A stretch of DNA of 60,790 nucleotides, filler included, from Sphacelaria rigidula (GCA_964200075.2; 8 parts of 8 records of this genome joined end to end with filler, not necessarily neighbours in it), one strand, 5' to 3'. Shown: positions 12,721-26,741, numbered from the whole stretch's first letter. Program-made: numbers and translations. The notes: generated by a model from the letters alone, not told the origin.

Positions 12721-13486
12721 TGTAAGTGTAAAATTGTCAGAGCTCTCAGAATGCCCCTGTAACATTCTTTCCCAACTCATCTGCACGTTTCACCCGTCTC
12801 CGCAGTCCGCGAGAAACACAAGAAACATTTGCCGCGATCAGCGAAGCAGTAAGAGTTACCGATGAAATTGCTGGGTATTCTGATACCTAACAACCATAGG
12901 ATATGTCCTTTCTGGCCACACGGTACAACAACGACGGGAAAACCGAAGTGGAGGCACCGTTGGCCGAGACAACAGGCTTCATAATGACATCTCCAAAAGG
13001 ATGTCACGAGAGGAACCTGAGAAATGAGTTTGAACAAAAAATAAGTCTCAACTTCAAAACACTGCTTTTTTTGCTGAACTGAAAGTAATTATGCCCGAAG
13101 GTTTGTCGGCCTAATGCCCCTCGATTGCGTGGAAACTATTTCAGTGCCTTCCCCCGACTTGGTGAGCCCACAGCAGTGAGCAGAAGCGTCAGACTCTGGG
13201 AAAATCCCTAATCCCAAGATCAGGACAAAATGGCACTTCCATGCAAGAGATCTCTCGGCACATACCAAATGACAATCTCCACATCACCCTCCCCCCACAG
13301 ATGCGCCTCGAGTCGATCTTACAGGCGCGTGGCGGGCATTCGAGGAAATGATATTTTCAGGAGTGGCCTGTAGTTGAACGCGTCATATCCTCTATATTGG
13401 GTGTTGAAAAACACCACACCTTCGACAGTACAATATGTTTGTAATAAATAATAGTCGATCATATCGCAATATGGGGATATATTGCC

Positions 13487-13739
13487 GAGCCATTCTACGA
13501 TAGGAGGGGGGTATTTGACTGCACGAAAAAGAGGCTCAGAAGTGTGTCAGACGACCTGCCACACTCGCGGTGCGCTTGTGTTCACTTCAAAACGGCATCA
13601 AGCTACATAGATTGGCGTTTTTGATCTATAATAACAAGCTTGTTCGAATAACCGTTGCTACTTTCAACAACAATTTGACTTAGAATTTTGTGTAAGAAGT
13701 GGTTCAAAATATCCCCCCCCCTCTATCGTAGGATGACTC
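13487..13739. mobile_element. MITE with GAG...CTC termini and 4-bp TSD (Sola-like)
   Basis: TGCC|GAGCCATTCTACGATAGGAGGGGG ... CCCCCCTCTATCGTAGGATGACTC|TGCC. Further right ends of the same family lie at about 22869-22894 and 30552-30576. Confidence 0.8.
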
Positions 13740-14427
13740 TGCCGGCGTAATATATATCGGCACTGTGGGACTCCAAACAACACTATATTCGTGAGATTCA
13801 GAGTGTAACATCGGATTCAGAGTGAGACCCGGAACAATTGACTTTCCCGTCGATTTTGACATCGCCACAGTTCGAGGAGTAATGCGGAGTAATGCGCCCA
13901 GCTGGTGAAGCGGTGGCTTCAATGAAAGCTGTCACCTACACGATCAAATTGACACATATTTGATCCTAACGACGTAGTCAGTCCATTGCAACAAGAGATC
14001 CCATCTTTCAGGAAAAACGGATTAGCCCCTGAAACAGTTTCAGTTCCGAAATGCCCCCAGGCGTGAAAATGCTTTGTGCGGTATCTCACCAACCAGACCG
14101 TCGAATTCCTCGAACGGGGTACTGTACGGTAGCTGCATGCACAGGACGTGTGCTCAAGCAAAAAAGAAAATAAAAAAGTTGCCTGAAGGAACGCTAGAGC
14201 ATCCACTCTGAATTCGATATTATGCTCTAAATCTCACGAATATGTTGTTAAACGTACTACTACTCGCTAAATATATATATTGGTACCATGGGATTGCACC
14301 CGTATTGTCTCGCCAATATATATCGGGGCTGTGTGGGCAACGACATATTGCACGAGCAATATATTGTGTTGGGGTCGCATTGATGGCAACATATTCGTCG
14401 GTCGATATATATATTGTTGTTGCGTGG

Positions 14428-14676
14428 TGTGACGCCAGCCAGTGGAAGCACTGTTGGATCACTGCCGTTGAGGGACTCCCCAGTCTCACTGGCCTCAGTT
14501 TCAGTTGTCAGCCTTTACAGCATCTCATTAGTCAGGAGTGACCTTTCAGGCGGCTCCATAAACCACATCAGGGTATCACCCCTGTGTCCATGTCATCATC
14601 CATATCATCACTGCAGACCCCCAGTCATCATCCAATCATCACTAAATACTCAACGTGACGGCGTGATTTCATCTCA
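14428..14676 (-). mobile_element. Probable 3' LTR of a chromodomain-bearing Ty3/gypsy element
   Basis: Minus strand TGAGATG...CGTCACA, preceded by the purine-rich TTTGGGGGTGC just downstream of the chromodomain ORF. Confidence 0.55.
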
Positions 14677-14755
14677 GCACCCCCAAAGCGCGTTGGGCGA
14701 AAATCGATCAACAAGCTTGACACTCAAAAAAATAACGCCAAACCGATTGAGCAAG

Positions 14756-15124
14756 TCAAAACTGAATCCCAAACTCACGCGTAATGCGAGCTGCAATGGA
14801 ACGAGTTACTCGCACCTTACGCAACTCCTTTTTGAGAAATTTCGGAGCGGCCTCAAAAATATTTTGAAAAGGCTCCCACGTACGCTCCTCGACTCCAAAA
14901 CCTACCCAGTCGACCAATACGATCAACGAACGATCCGCTGCCTCTGCCACGCTAATAATCCCAGCCATCTGAAGTTGCCCCTGGTTAAAAGCGTGCTGAA
15001 ACACATCCTTCACGTCTGCCGTTACATTAAGCTGTGAGTCTGCATAAAAACGCAAATGAGCTACATGGGCGGTCTGAACACGACCTGAAACAATGTGTTG
15101 GATCTCAAACATATGCGGGTGATG
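14756..15124 (-). mobile_element. Ty3/gypsy integrase C-terminus plus chromodomain (partial)
   Basis: FEIQHIVSGRVQTAHVAHLRFYAD (integrase tail), then LIVLVDWVGFGVEERTWEPFQNI (chromodomain core). Truncated by the contig end. Confidence 0.85.
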
Positions 15125-16346
15125 NNNNNNNNNNNNNNNNNNNNNNNNNNNNNNNNNNNNNNNNNNNNTTAATTAATTAANNNNNNNNNNNNNNNNNNNN
15201 NNNNNNNNNNNNNNNNNNNNNNNNTCAGACCACAAGAGTCCTTTGAATCATGTGGACGTAGTTGAGAAAATCGAACTGTTTTGTTTTTACCGCTTTTGCG
15301 AAATTCCGTGCATGTTGTTACGGTGGGTGACCTCTGTGCAGGTGGCAGTCAGTACAGTGGAGCAACGAAAGCTATCCATGATCGGGTTTGCCTTCCGTAC
15401 TGCTGCCAGCGTTGCTTGAAAGCCACAAAACCTTTGCGGTCGGTGGCTGATGGCGTGGGTGTCAAAGGCAACGACAAGTGGTTGATCATAGAGCACTGTT
15501 GTTCCTCTTGGGGTCATATCTCGCTCCAGCTTGTAGCGCATGACCTCCTTACATCGGAATTGACTCTGGAAAGCTACTGTGTCATAATGATAGGATAGCT
15601 AATGCACTGGCTGAGGTTTCTCAGTACGAGTACCAGGAGATACCATTGGGTCCAGCTAACCCAAGCTCCCACGTGGGCACAACGTACGGCCTATAGCTAT
15701 CCACCAAGAACAATCACATAGTAGGCTCATCCATGTGCAGACTGTTGATTAGGAACTCACGTGTTTCATAGCGTCATGTTGTATCTACAAACCTCTCTTA
15801 CTCAGTATAGCCGGGGCGCAGCCATAGGAGCAGAGCGTAGTGATGGCCCAGGGTAGAGACCAAGGCAAGCCGGTTACTGGCAAGCCGGTAACTGGTTGAC
15901 ACGGATCAACGCCCTGTGGCGAAGCCGGAACAATCCCAACTAATGACAATAGCAAACGCGATAAAAACGCGTCACGGAACTCAGGGTCTACGAGCAGACC
16001 CGCACAGCGTATATCTTGCAATGCCTCCGAGCTTCATCACAACTGGACCGAGGTGTTCACGCAGCCAGTGTGTGCTCCAGATTGCAGCATGGAGGCACCC
16101 CTCTGCACTACGACGTCCCAAAATACCCCCGACGTCTACCATTGATTGCCACCACGCCAAACCGCCAGAAGCTCAGCGTTTCGTTCGGAACTGAACTAGA
16201 GGACAGAAAATGTATGACAAGTGCGATTCCTCGTGCTTTTTCACTGGGCTGTCGACGCATTCCTTTTGAATCTACTATGCAACAATGATAGATTGCTCTG
16301 CTTCGCAATCGCGCTTCCAATTTTCTATTTTCCTTTTCCTTTGTTA

Positions 16347-17168
16347 GGGCCTGTCTTAGCACCTTTTTCTTTTCGATAGAAAAAGTGCGGTCGAATTTGT
16401 TTTTGCCGAACTGATAGGTCCACCGCATTTATGTTTCTCGGAGGGTTCAACTCAAAATTATAATTGGCGGCGCGCGGAGAAGAATGTAACGAGTGAAAAT
16501 ATATTTTTTTCGATCGAAAACATGCAGTCGAAAGGCACGAAGCGGCACTTGACTCCTATCTTACAGACCACCACGCCAAATAACACCTGCTCACAGGACC
16601 ATGCAAACTCCATCCAACTCATTCTCTCAGCTACCACCGCAACTCTGCAGCATAGAGCACGAGCTGAGCACAGGGATAGATACACTACAGTAGTCGGGTG
16701 TGCTTTGTTTATTTTTTGTTGGCGAAAACTTGCGCATCTTCTCTCGTGGTAGGTATCAGGGACGGAACTAAGGTACGATAGGCAACCGAGTTGCGTGCAC
16801 GCTCATGGACAGTGCAGGCAGTAAAAAGCTGCACGTTGCTGAAGTTATTTTCACGTCGCATTGTAAGCAGAGAGAACTGAGAGTCCTGGGCTGTCTGCAC
16901 TGCACGTTGTCCGCTTCTCCTTTATATCCTCCTGCACGAAACACGCACACACGTACTCAAGACACCCTGCTTGCAAGCAGGGCAAACAGTACAGACTGTC
17001 TGTACTCTACACGAGTGACCATGTACCGTTTCACGAATTTCACTGTCTTTTTTGGATCGAAAGCTTGAAAATCCATGTGCACCCAACTGCATCAAAACGA
17101 GAAATTTCGCTCATATCGATTCCACCGCCCCATTTATTCGATCGAAAAAAAAGCGCCAAGACAGGCCC
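16347..17168. mobile_element. PIF/Harbinger (Tourist-like) non-autonomous element
   Basis: TTA|GGGCCTGTCTTAGCAC ... GCGCCAAGACAGGCCC|GTA, with subterminal TTTCGATCGAAA repeats. Another right end at about 44790-44832 ends GACAGGCCG|TTA. Confidence 0.65.
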
Positions 17169-17849
17169 GTAGGCTACTTGTTATTTGTGTATCGAAAAAA
17201 ATATAACTTGTTGAAAGTGCTTTTTTTCACCCTTCTCAGTCGTTTTTGCCCCGAGAAGAGGGCTCAGCGGATGTTGACACCTCAGACCGTTCCAGAGCAC
17301 CTTTGCGTTTTCCGTAGGTCACAGTGTAGTGGGTGAGAAGACCCCGTGCTTAGAGGACCGCACCGTGGCTCGAAACACCTCAGTCTCGACGTTTTCCAAA
17401 ACCTATCGGGTCAGTCCCTGCAGGTACCACGATCCTGACCCCAACACTAGCACTAACCCTAAATTAACCCCAACCATAGGGATGTTCAACTTCCGACGCG
17501 GTCCTCTCACGCATTACAACAGTTTCGTTCTTGGCCAAATATTAGACAGAAGAACAGTTATGGGTAGGAATTAATTGCAGATCTTCGGTACTATATTCAT
17601 AGAAAGTGCAAGCTGAACGCTACATGCGTCAGAAGTAGCCGGTAATCCAACGAGTCATACAGTATCAACGGAAAATACAACCGTCACATACAAATAATGA
17701 CGATTTGGGTCATAGAAGATGAGCTATATTTCTAGTACATTTATTCAAGTCTGGGAGTGGTCGGTGTTGAGGTGATTTTGTTCCTCCGGAAAGCTCGCTC
17801 CACATCAGTAGATGGACAATCTTGTTGCACTAGCGAGTGTCCTGTCTTT

Positions 17850-18296
17850 AACACGGGATCTTACAAATTGGGGATGGATCATTTATTATTGGGGATGAGA
17901 AACCCGGAGAATTAAAATCTTCGTATCTACACCAAACCTTCGAAGCATGGTTCCATTTCTTCACCTAATGATGGCTATTGATAACTGCTACACGCCATAG
18001 AAATTTGGATTTCGATCACCGAGATGTTGGGTTCCTAGGTGGAAAACCATTTTTTTGGAAGTCCGGGTGTCCGAACGGACGCCAAAATGGTTCCGAAATT
18101 GTTTTTTCACCTAGGACCCGAACATTTCGGTGATCGAAATCCAAGTTCCTACGGCGTGTAGGAGTTGTCAATAGCTATCAGTAGGTGAAGAAATGGAACC
18201 ATATTTCGAGGATTTGGTGTGGATACGCATATATAAATTCTTCGGGTTTCTCATCCTCAATAAATGATCCATCCCCAATTTGTAAGATCACGTGTT
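17850..18296. mobile_element. Foldback element with ~200-bp inverted arms
   Basis: AACACGGGATCTTACAAATTGGGGATGGATC...CCTAGGTG pairs with CACCTAGG...GATCCATCCCCAATTTGTAAGATCACGTGTT. A related copy lies at 51732-52096. Confidence 0.85.
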
Positions 18297-19054
18297 CTTT
18301 GTCTGTACCAGTCGGGAAGCACACGCCCCCGGGCTGCCACCCCGCGTTTACCGTCATTGCGAAGATAACAAGGCAAGAGCACGAACACCAGCTGTTGTGG
18401 CAGCTACACACCAACGTAACCGCAGTGAATGCGCATGGCGAGTATCCTTTGAATTGTCGAACTACAGAGGGAGAGTTGACAGAAGAAAGACAAAGCTGGC
18501 GGCTGCTCCATGTCAGGGCTCCAGTGCAGAAAGGTCCTCTAGATCTTGTGTGTATGCGGGGGGCTGTCAAGTGCCGTGGACCGTCCGCACGAGAAGCAGC
18601 AGCAGCAGCAGTATCAGCAGCATATGTGTTGTCAGTAAATGTACGTGGCTGGGGGTGAGTCTGAATCAACCGGCGGCGATGCTGCTGCTGCTGCTGCTGC
18701 TCTTGATCATAGACGGTCCGCGTGTCTCGACCGTGCGACAACACCCACGCTCCTTGCCAGTGATAGCCACCGTGCTGGACAGCGCTGACACACACACGAA
18801 GCGGCACCGGCTGATTTAGACCCACCCTCAGCCGCGTACATCTACTGGCAGTAACGATACTTCTGATACTGCTGCTGTTGCTTGTTCTCCTCGTGCGGAA
18901 CGCGATTAGAACGGCGCGTGATTTCTCGTGATGCTGCAGAACTGCTGTGTTGTTTTGTGTTGACTTTAGTGGTCTATACTCCATACACCACTGCAAAAGT
19001 ATATTGTTTTGAGTGTACTACCCTGTACTCCATATAATGGTGTCATGGTTCGAG

Positions 19055-19145
19055 CAGTTTTTCAAAAAGTTCTCGTTTTTTGGAAAGTTCGTTTTCCAAA
19101 AAGTTCTGCTCGTTTTTCGAAAAGTTCTGCTCGTTTTTTCAAGTA
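19055..19145. repeat. Short tandem array of a ~21-bp AAAAGTTCTGCTCGTTTTTC motif
   Basis: About 4 degenerate copies; probably a transposon subterminal array. Confidence 0.7.
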
Positions 19146-20734
19146 TTCCGAAAAAAACGAGCGTGTTTTCTGTCACAGAAATCTAATGCCGAATCTGGAA
19201 TAGCCTGAGACAACAACCAATTTGAAAATTGGAACAACGCTCACCTCCCGCGTCGTTTGTGACCATGCCAAACCGAAAGCTCCATGTGTCGTTGGAAAGA
19301 TCTTCCGACCAGACGAAAAGATGTCTGAATCGCGGGCTCTTGGGACTTCTTTCTTGCCTATGGAAAACTGTTTTTCATTTCGAATCGACGCTTCGAAAAA
19401 AGCGCCCGCTTCACGCGTCATTTGCGGCCACGTCACGCCATTTTTGCAGCTACTCTTCAGACGAAATTTCTGTGTGCAGTTGGAAAAATCATCCCACAGC
19501 GAGACATCGATCCATACAACAGAGTGCGCGCGGGGGGTTGTCGCGGCTTCCTGTTCGTCTGCTGATATGTTTTCTTCTTTTCACGTAGATGCTTTCAAAA
19601 ATATCTGGGATTCATCACTCCAGGGCTGCTCTACCTAATCCCGTGAGTTAGATACGGTATACGATACGGTATACTGTACTGCGTGTACACTCTGCCTCTT
19701 CGCGCAGTTAATTCAGGCACTGAAATACTCAGAAAAAGCATCAGGCGAACACCTCTTCACCACCCCGCAATGATGAGAGCAAGGAGGGAAAAAAATAAAA
19801 TAAACCCACAACATTACCACACAAAACAAAACACACATCACACAAAACACGTAACACGAAATACGAGCGCGAAAAAATGACCACACGCGACTTGTGTTGG
19901 AACGAAAGACACCCACAAAACATTAGAGTACAAAACTAAGCACAAACCTAAGCTCCACCCCAACCCAGCAAACTCCCTGAAAACTAGAGTTAAGCTATTT
20001 ATATATATATATATATATATACCTACTATCAATAGATCCTGGCGAGCTGCACGCACGTCCTGACGTGGCAAGCTACACCAGTGACCCAGGTCACAGACAC
20101 ATGCACCAAGGGCTGCATGATCCCGTAACCTCAACCTACTCCCGTGGTCAGCTGCTTCCGTGTGAAACTCCTGACGCAAAGGCACCACCACCAACAACAA
20201 CAGCACCACCCAAAAGGCCCAAAATGTGACTATCGGTGCGCTGCGTATGTCCCCCCTCCTGCTCCGCCTCCGCCGCCGCCACCACTTCCGCCTATTCCAT
20301 TCTCTGATCCTGATGGCGCTGCTGCCGGTGCCCCAGCCCCACCAAACATACCCGCAAAGTTTGACATCCACGCCATAGTTTGCGTATCTCGCCGATCTTT
20401 CAATTCCTTCCTCTCCTGTGTAATTGTCGTCGCGTTTACATGCGCGAGACAAGTGTGCGGGGGAGAATGTGACATGAGATGGACAGAAGCGGCAGCACCA
20501 ACAACAGCAGTAACCGCAACAGCTAGAAACCGTACACACAGGACTACGGAAGAGAGGAGATTGGAAGGGGCAGGGGACAAGGGGGGGGGGGGGGGGGTGG
20601 GGGCATTCAACGATATCAACGAAAAAACAGAAACGGCGCAGTGGCACACAAGAAGCAAAAACGGTAGGTAGGACGTTCTCCGTGGACGGTATTGGCGAAA
20701 CACCCATGAGGCAGGGTAACCCGCGCAAGTCTCT

Positions 20735-20985
20735 GGAAGTGGCGGAACCAGAAAATGAGGTTGTCATCCCTATGCAAGATAACCAGCACTCTTCGGGCCA
20801 AACAATCTTGGCAGGATGCAGCTCACTCTTCATGCGACTCGCCAAACACACCACGGCGCTTCGCGCTTGGTGATTGATTGCCAGCCTGGTCCGGCGGAAA
20901 CCCGGCGTGCTCCGTCGCGGCTTTGCAGGGATACGAGGTCAACGGCCATATGATTACGGCATGCAAGATTATAAGTACACCTTAG
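20735..20985 (-). repeat. Dispersed repeat family (also 37850-37959 -, 39945-40495 +, 53281-53672 +)
   Basis: Shared core GACGGA(A)GCACGCCG...CGCCGGACCAG and flanking blocks are found on four different contigs. Confidence 0.8.
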
Positions 20986-22656
20986 ATGGTCAATCCTTCT
21001 CTGCGGTGTCTTGGTCCCCAAGCAAAACTTCCGAAAAAAAATCATGACCATAAACCCAAACAAACACAACCAGCGGTCGCGATCACCCGGGCATTCTCTA
21101 TTTTTGCCGTACCAGTGATTCAAAGCTAGAATCCAGTATACACGCCGCTTTAAAATGAACATGAGTTCAAAATTGCTGAACGAACCGCCTCTACTGTTGG
21201 ACTAAATGTTTTCGTCGCTTTTCCTTCAGGCAGGTAAGGAGCTTTCGTAGGTGGTGGGATGAGAAGCCACGGGCACTTACCTGCCCACGTACGTACGTAC
21301 CTACCGACCTACCAGGGGTGTCACGGGAGGGTTTAAGAAGGTGTAATTACCATCCACCTTGTTAGGACGATCCACCTCATCAGCACAGTCCGAACTCACA
21401 TACCCATGATTTGCCCCACTCAACTCACAGCCAAGAGGGCAGCAAGGGCCATCAAATGAAAATAAATTATGTCGTGTCCTCCCTCGCGATCAGAAGTAAT
21501 TAGGGCACACAGTGCAACAAAGCGCCACATGACTCGTTCTTCCTGCCGACAATTCTAATCTCATCCTCAAATATGGCGGATGATCATACCCTTCAAGCAG
21601 GCACTCCACTACACGAATTTCAAGTAAGTGGGAACACGGATAAACTGAGCAGGGTCGCGTGTCTGACAAAAGGTGTCGAAGATAAAACAGTTCTTATCCG
21701 CAGACCTCCTTCACAAACAGCAAGCACCAACCATGTTTTGACGACACGCGCCATCGACAAACAGCAAATTCATCGATCGTAACAGCCCCGGAAGCCAGGG
21801 TCAGGGTTTGCGTTTGCCTTGCCAACACGAACAGTGCGTGTTTCAGTCAGTCCCTTCTTCGGCCCGTCGCGATCTAGGCAAGGAGTAATGCTTCGTCGAT
21901 GGTGGACTGAGCCTCCCGCGAGTCCCGGCGCGGTATACACACACATCTATCCTTTTTCGTTTCCAACTTTTTTCTTCGCTATTACGCCGATGATGGGCAA
22001 TGCAAGAAAAAGCAAAACCTACGAAATAATGCTCAAGGCAGGCCGCTTTCCATGAAAAAAAGAAGGAGAAAAAGACACGTGAATGAAATAACGACAACGC
22101 ATCGGGTTTCCCTGCCATAAGATCCAACGAGAAAACCGTAAGGCCCGACAAGAAAAACGACAACCGTCTTTTCTTGCTTCGCTTGTCTACGGTAGTGAGA
22201 AAAAATTAACTGGAAGTCGGCCGGTAGCATTTTTGCGACAACAACGTCAAAACGAAAGACACTATTCCACACCCCCAAATATGGTTTCCTCCTGTTGTTT
22301 AGCTCCGTTTCGCCTGGCTCAGTGTCTTTTTTTCCCAATTCCGTCGGTCTGTCACCAACCTCACCAGACGTTTCCTCCGGGGGGAAGAAAAAACGAAAAA
22401 GAAAAAAATGAAACTGATCCGCTCTTCGAAGTCGCAATATGTCTCTCATCACCTGTTCTGCATCTGCCTACTAACGTACAGCGGTACAGTGAACATCCCA
22501 CTGCAGTTCGGCCAGTACATGGCAAGTCCGATTCGCTACACTAGTATCAACTCAGTATACCATATTAGCAGTAGTGCCGGGTCCCGGGATGGTGCCGCCA
22601 TACCGGGCTGTCGACCTACCGCACCATGTCGAGACTCTCGCTGTACTCCAAAAACG

Positions 22657-22694
<38 letters not shown>

Positions 22695-23099
22695 ACCACC
22701 CCCCCCCCCACCCCCCACCCACCTACCCAGCCCCCCNNNNNNNNNNNNNNNNNNNNNNNNNNNNNNNNNNNNNNNNNNNNTTAATTAATTAANNNNNNNN
22801 NNNNNNNNNNNNNNNNNNNNNNNNNNNNNNNNNNNNCGTATGAGCCTATTTTTTCGTGCAACCAAATACCCCCCCCCCTATCGTAGGATGGCTCCTATTG
22901 TAATTGTCAAAGGCTATCGTTCGACTATTGCAACATCTATTGTCCCTTGCAATACATATCAATAGATGTGTTTCACCATCTATCGTGTTCGATAATACAT
23001 ATCGATAGATTTTCCCGTGTGTCTATTGCTGAAGCAATGAACTATTATTATTGTGTCCATTGTCCACAGTGTGAACTTTTCTCCTCGGCCAAGACTCCT

Positions 23100-23600
23100 C
23101 TAACAGAGTACCGGAAGAATAATATCTAGATATTGTAGCCTCTGCCAGACGATCTGGACAAGAGGACTATCCACGAGGGACTCGTAGAGTTCTCGACGGT
23201 CTAACACGGTGACAAATTCAGGCAATGCAATCCAACACGGTGACAAATTTAGGGGCAAATTGGAATGTGGGTGTCGCGCTCCAGTTTGTTCCCTCAATGT
23301 GGAACGCAAACGCTTCGGGTATGGAGTGTTCTAGATGGGGTGGGCGGATATGGAAGGAACTTCTTACTTTCGAGACAGCTGTGGTATGTGTGTAATGTTT
23401 ACGGCCAGTCCAGAGCTCGAAGGGAAAAGTGTCAGACGGTAGCATGGCGTCGGGTCGTCGGGTAGGGTGCGATTGCCCAAGGGTGTGGGTGAAACATACT
23501 CAGTCCATCTTTGAGGCCAAGATTTGTACAGTTCCGTAAACATTTCAGCAGCCGTCCCCCCAATTCCTCGAATCCTGTAAAACTGTAGACATAACCATGG
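23100..23600 (-). pseudogene. Degenerate Ty3/gypsy integrase fragment
   Basis: ELYKSWPQRWTEYVSP...TLPD / LPSDTFPFELWTGRK resembles the post-catalytic W......PFELxxGR region. Confidence 0.6.
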
Positions 23601-23849
23601 ACAAAATAAAATAAACAAGGCATGCTGAATAAACTATTATGATAATGAGATACAATGTACTAAGTACATGGAGATAAAGCACAGAAATGACAAGATGCAT
23701 GACCTCACCCGCCTGAGTTATACATTCATGGTTGTTGGGCGAGTCTCAAGTTCGCGTGCCTTATCCTAGCTGAGCCATTATTAGACGACCGGATTGTGGT
23801 AGTGAAGTATTGCTGCAGTTGTACAGCACATAAGTTTGACAGCGAAAGG

Positions 23850-25130
23850 AGGGTGTGCGTTCACCTGTATCGTGTCGCAATATTGTTGGCCTTCCTTCTT
23901 GTTTAGAATATCGGTCAGCGGGGCGACTATAATGCTACGCTTCTGGACAACGTCTAAAGTACCCGGCGAGTCTAGAAAATAACGTCGTTCTTCGAGTGTG
24001 TGTGGACGTGACATCTTAGTAATTGTGTCGAGTTTGGACGGGGCTGGTTGTATGTCGGTATTATCGATCAATAGGCTAAGGAACTTCTCAGATCTTGCAG
24101 TAAAGATGCATTTGGCGAAGTTCACCGAAAATAAAATCGTGTTGTCGACAAACGACGCGGGAAAAAGTTGAGTTGCGAGCAGCACCTCAGTCAAGAAGCT
24201 TGTGAATTTCTCCTGTGATCATGCGGCCTTTTTCTGATTGGAGGCTGCGTTGTTTTGTAGCAAAGGGTGTGCACGCGGTACAATAACCAACAAGACAATT
24301 GGAACTCGTACTTCGCCCCCCCATGGGGAATCAGCGACCACATCGGCGAAATAAGTGTCTGAAAACTATGTGTAGGACCTGTAAGAAGCGTCAAACACAA
24401 GATATATAGTCGCGCAGTCCACTTGCATGGTACGCTGGGCATGAAGGGTAAAACGGTGAAATATAGAAACTGCGTAAGTGTGCGTACTGAAGTAATAACA
24501 AGGCAATGCACGGGAAGATCAGTAGTCGCATGATATCAAAAACCAAGTTTAAAGCAACTGAACAAAGTGATATCCAACTTCTATACAGGGTGCGTCAAGA
24601 AGTCAACCTGGTGAATAATGAAGCATACAATCGATTACCGGTGTGGGATAGAATGGGGATCATGTTCAGTTACACCAAGGTGATGACCCTGCTACCAGAA
24701 TGCTATAAAAAGGTGCACGGAAATAGCTAAAACAAGCCAAATTGATGACACTCCACGATGGAACATACCGGCATTGGCAAACCGTTCTGTGCTTCCTGCG
24801 TGTCCTCCCCGACGCAATCACGTTCAGCGCCGGTTCCCTCATCGGGATGCGACACACCCAGGACAAGAATGTAGGTCGAACAAGGGCGGAAGTAATAGAG
24901 GGCACGGTTAGTATACGTTGGAAGTCTCGGGGTACATGAAAACATGGGTCGGTTTCAGACGACCTGACGCAGATCGAAATGTCCTGCGCTGGGCGGTAAA
25001 TTCGACGTTGCGGACCAGACTGATGAAACGAGTAGAAGCGGAATCCTGCTCAAGCATGATGAGTACAGGCCGCGCAACAGACAGGGTCATGCGGATCGCC
25101 TACACCCGCACGGTCAAAAGAAAACCATCA
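23850..25130 (-). pseudogene. Degenerate Ty3/gypsy protease/RT remnants
   Basis: FSVNFAKCIF...KFL...IQPAPSKLDTITKMSRPHTLEERRYFL matches the gypsy RT C-terminus and connection region. The upstream part is heavily decayed. Confidence 0.6.
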
Positions 25131-25774
25131 TGAGCGCAAACACAATACAAAAATTAACAGAAAATGAGATGAAAATGGCGCAGCTTTAATGAGCAAGACG
25201 CGAAAATTATAAAAAGCTCAAAACACAATCGGGTGGCTCAAAAGACAGTTAAGGTAGACACGACACCCGGAGATACAGACAATATGGGGATGTAAAATTA
25301 ATGGAAACAAACAAGACCGAAATAAATTGGAAGCTTTACCGCACGTGCATTTCGCAAATCCCCATGGTCACAATAAAAATGCAACCCCGGAAACAAAATA
25401 TATACTGATCATGGTGGATTGATTGTCCCAGTTCAATATACAACAAAAATACCGAAAACAAATGGAGAATGCCTGGAGCACGATCGTTGCTGGTTAGGTA
25501 AAGCAATGATATCATAGGTGGCCAGGTGCAGGTCAGGAGAAGTTGATACAAGGCAGGTGATAATGACAGAAACCGTGCGTTCAAATTAGAGCAAGGTAGA
25601 AAATGATGGGAGCATAAGAGCGGAAAATACGCGTGAACATGACAACATGCGATGCGATGGCAAGCAAGAAAATCGAGCAAGAAAAGTACAGTCGACAGTA
25701 GGCGGCCGAAGCAAAAACAACAACACCACAAGCGGGATAAAACAGCAAACCAGGGTAGCGAAAAGCACGGTGAA

Positions 25775-25925
25775 AACAGCAGCAGCAGCAGCAGATAACA
25801 ACAACAACAACAACGATAACAACAACGATAACAACGGTAACAACAGCAGCAACAGCGCAGCCGCGCGGCGAGCAGCAGCAGCAGCACACAGCAGCGGCGC
25901 GGCAGTGACAAACAACAGCACAGAA
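25775..25925. repeat. (CAG)n/(AAC)n low-complexity tract
   Basis: Mixed trinucleotide runs, which account for the long shadow ORFs here. Confidence 0.85.
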
Positions 25926-26741
25926 CAATAGCACAGCCGCGCGGCGAAGACACTACAGCAACATGGATAGACACCACGGCTATGTGCAACAACAGCCCCG
26001 AGAAGCCCGGAAGAGTAGCCGTCTCCATCAGTCTGAGGTAAAATCATGAGTCCGCCGAGATGAAAAATTGTAGTACCTTCTGGTTCGGATGCTCGTTCGT
26101 GTTCTCGTGCGACTGTATTTTTCATTCAATCATTTCGGCTACGTCATACAACTTTTGCTTTGGAGGTAGGCAACGTTGTGATGAGCTCGTTCAAGATGAA
26201 AAATTGTAGCGCATGCTGATGAACTCGTGTTGATGAGTCGCCCGTGCAGAAAGCTGTTGGTGGCGCTATTGTTTTGGGTTGTGTGTAACAAAGTGCAACG
26301 CGGCGGGAAAAACGACGCAACGCGAGACACCGACGGAACAAAGCAGCCTACCTAGTTCTATGCTGCTTTTACTGTTCAGCGTACTTTGCCCTGTTGAGAC
26401 AATCCGAAAAGAGAGTGCAGGGAACCGCAAGCTGCACACCATGGTGCACTGTTTTTGCTCTTGAAACTCATGAGTGACATACAGCTGTGAAGTAGTGCGC
26501 TCTGTCTGTTTCATACTCATTAGAAAAAAGGCTATGTTGCAGTTTGGATTTACTTCACAACTTGAGAAGCACATTATTTACCATATATTAATGAAGTAAC
26601 GTGTCGCCACGCGAAAAAAATCAAACCTCCCCATCGTAAACAGAATTGTGTTGGGAACATGCAAATTGTGTTGGAAGCATGCCACGGTTGACTCTACACA
26701 AGCACGCATTGGACACCATGTCACGGTTCGATACTTACCGT

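Noticed and set aside
18178-18996. 272-aa ORF
   Set aside because: It runs through CAG/GCT low-complexity sequence into a foldback arm and has no recognisable domain.
19838-20854. 338-aa ORF as a single gene
   Set aside because: It starts in a dispersed repeat and crosses poly-C and (AT)n tracts; at most a small central part may be exon-derived.
25336-26125. Cys/Leu-rich ORFs
   Set aside because: They are by-products of trinucleotide repeats in a retroelement leader region.
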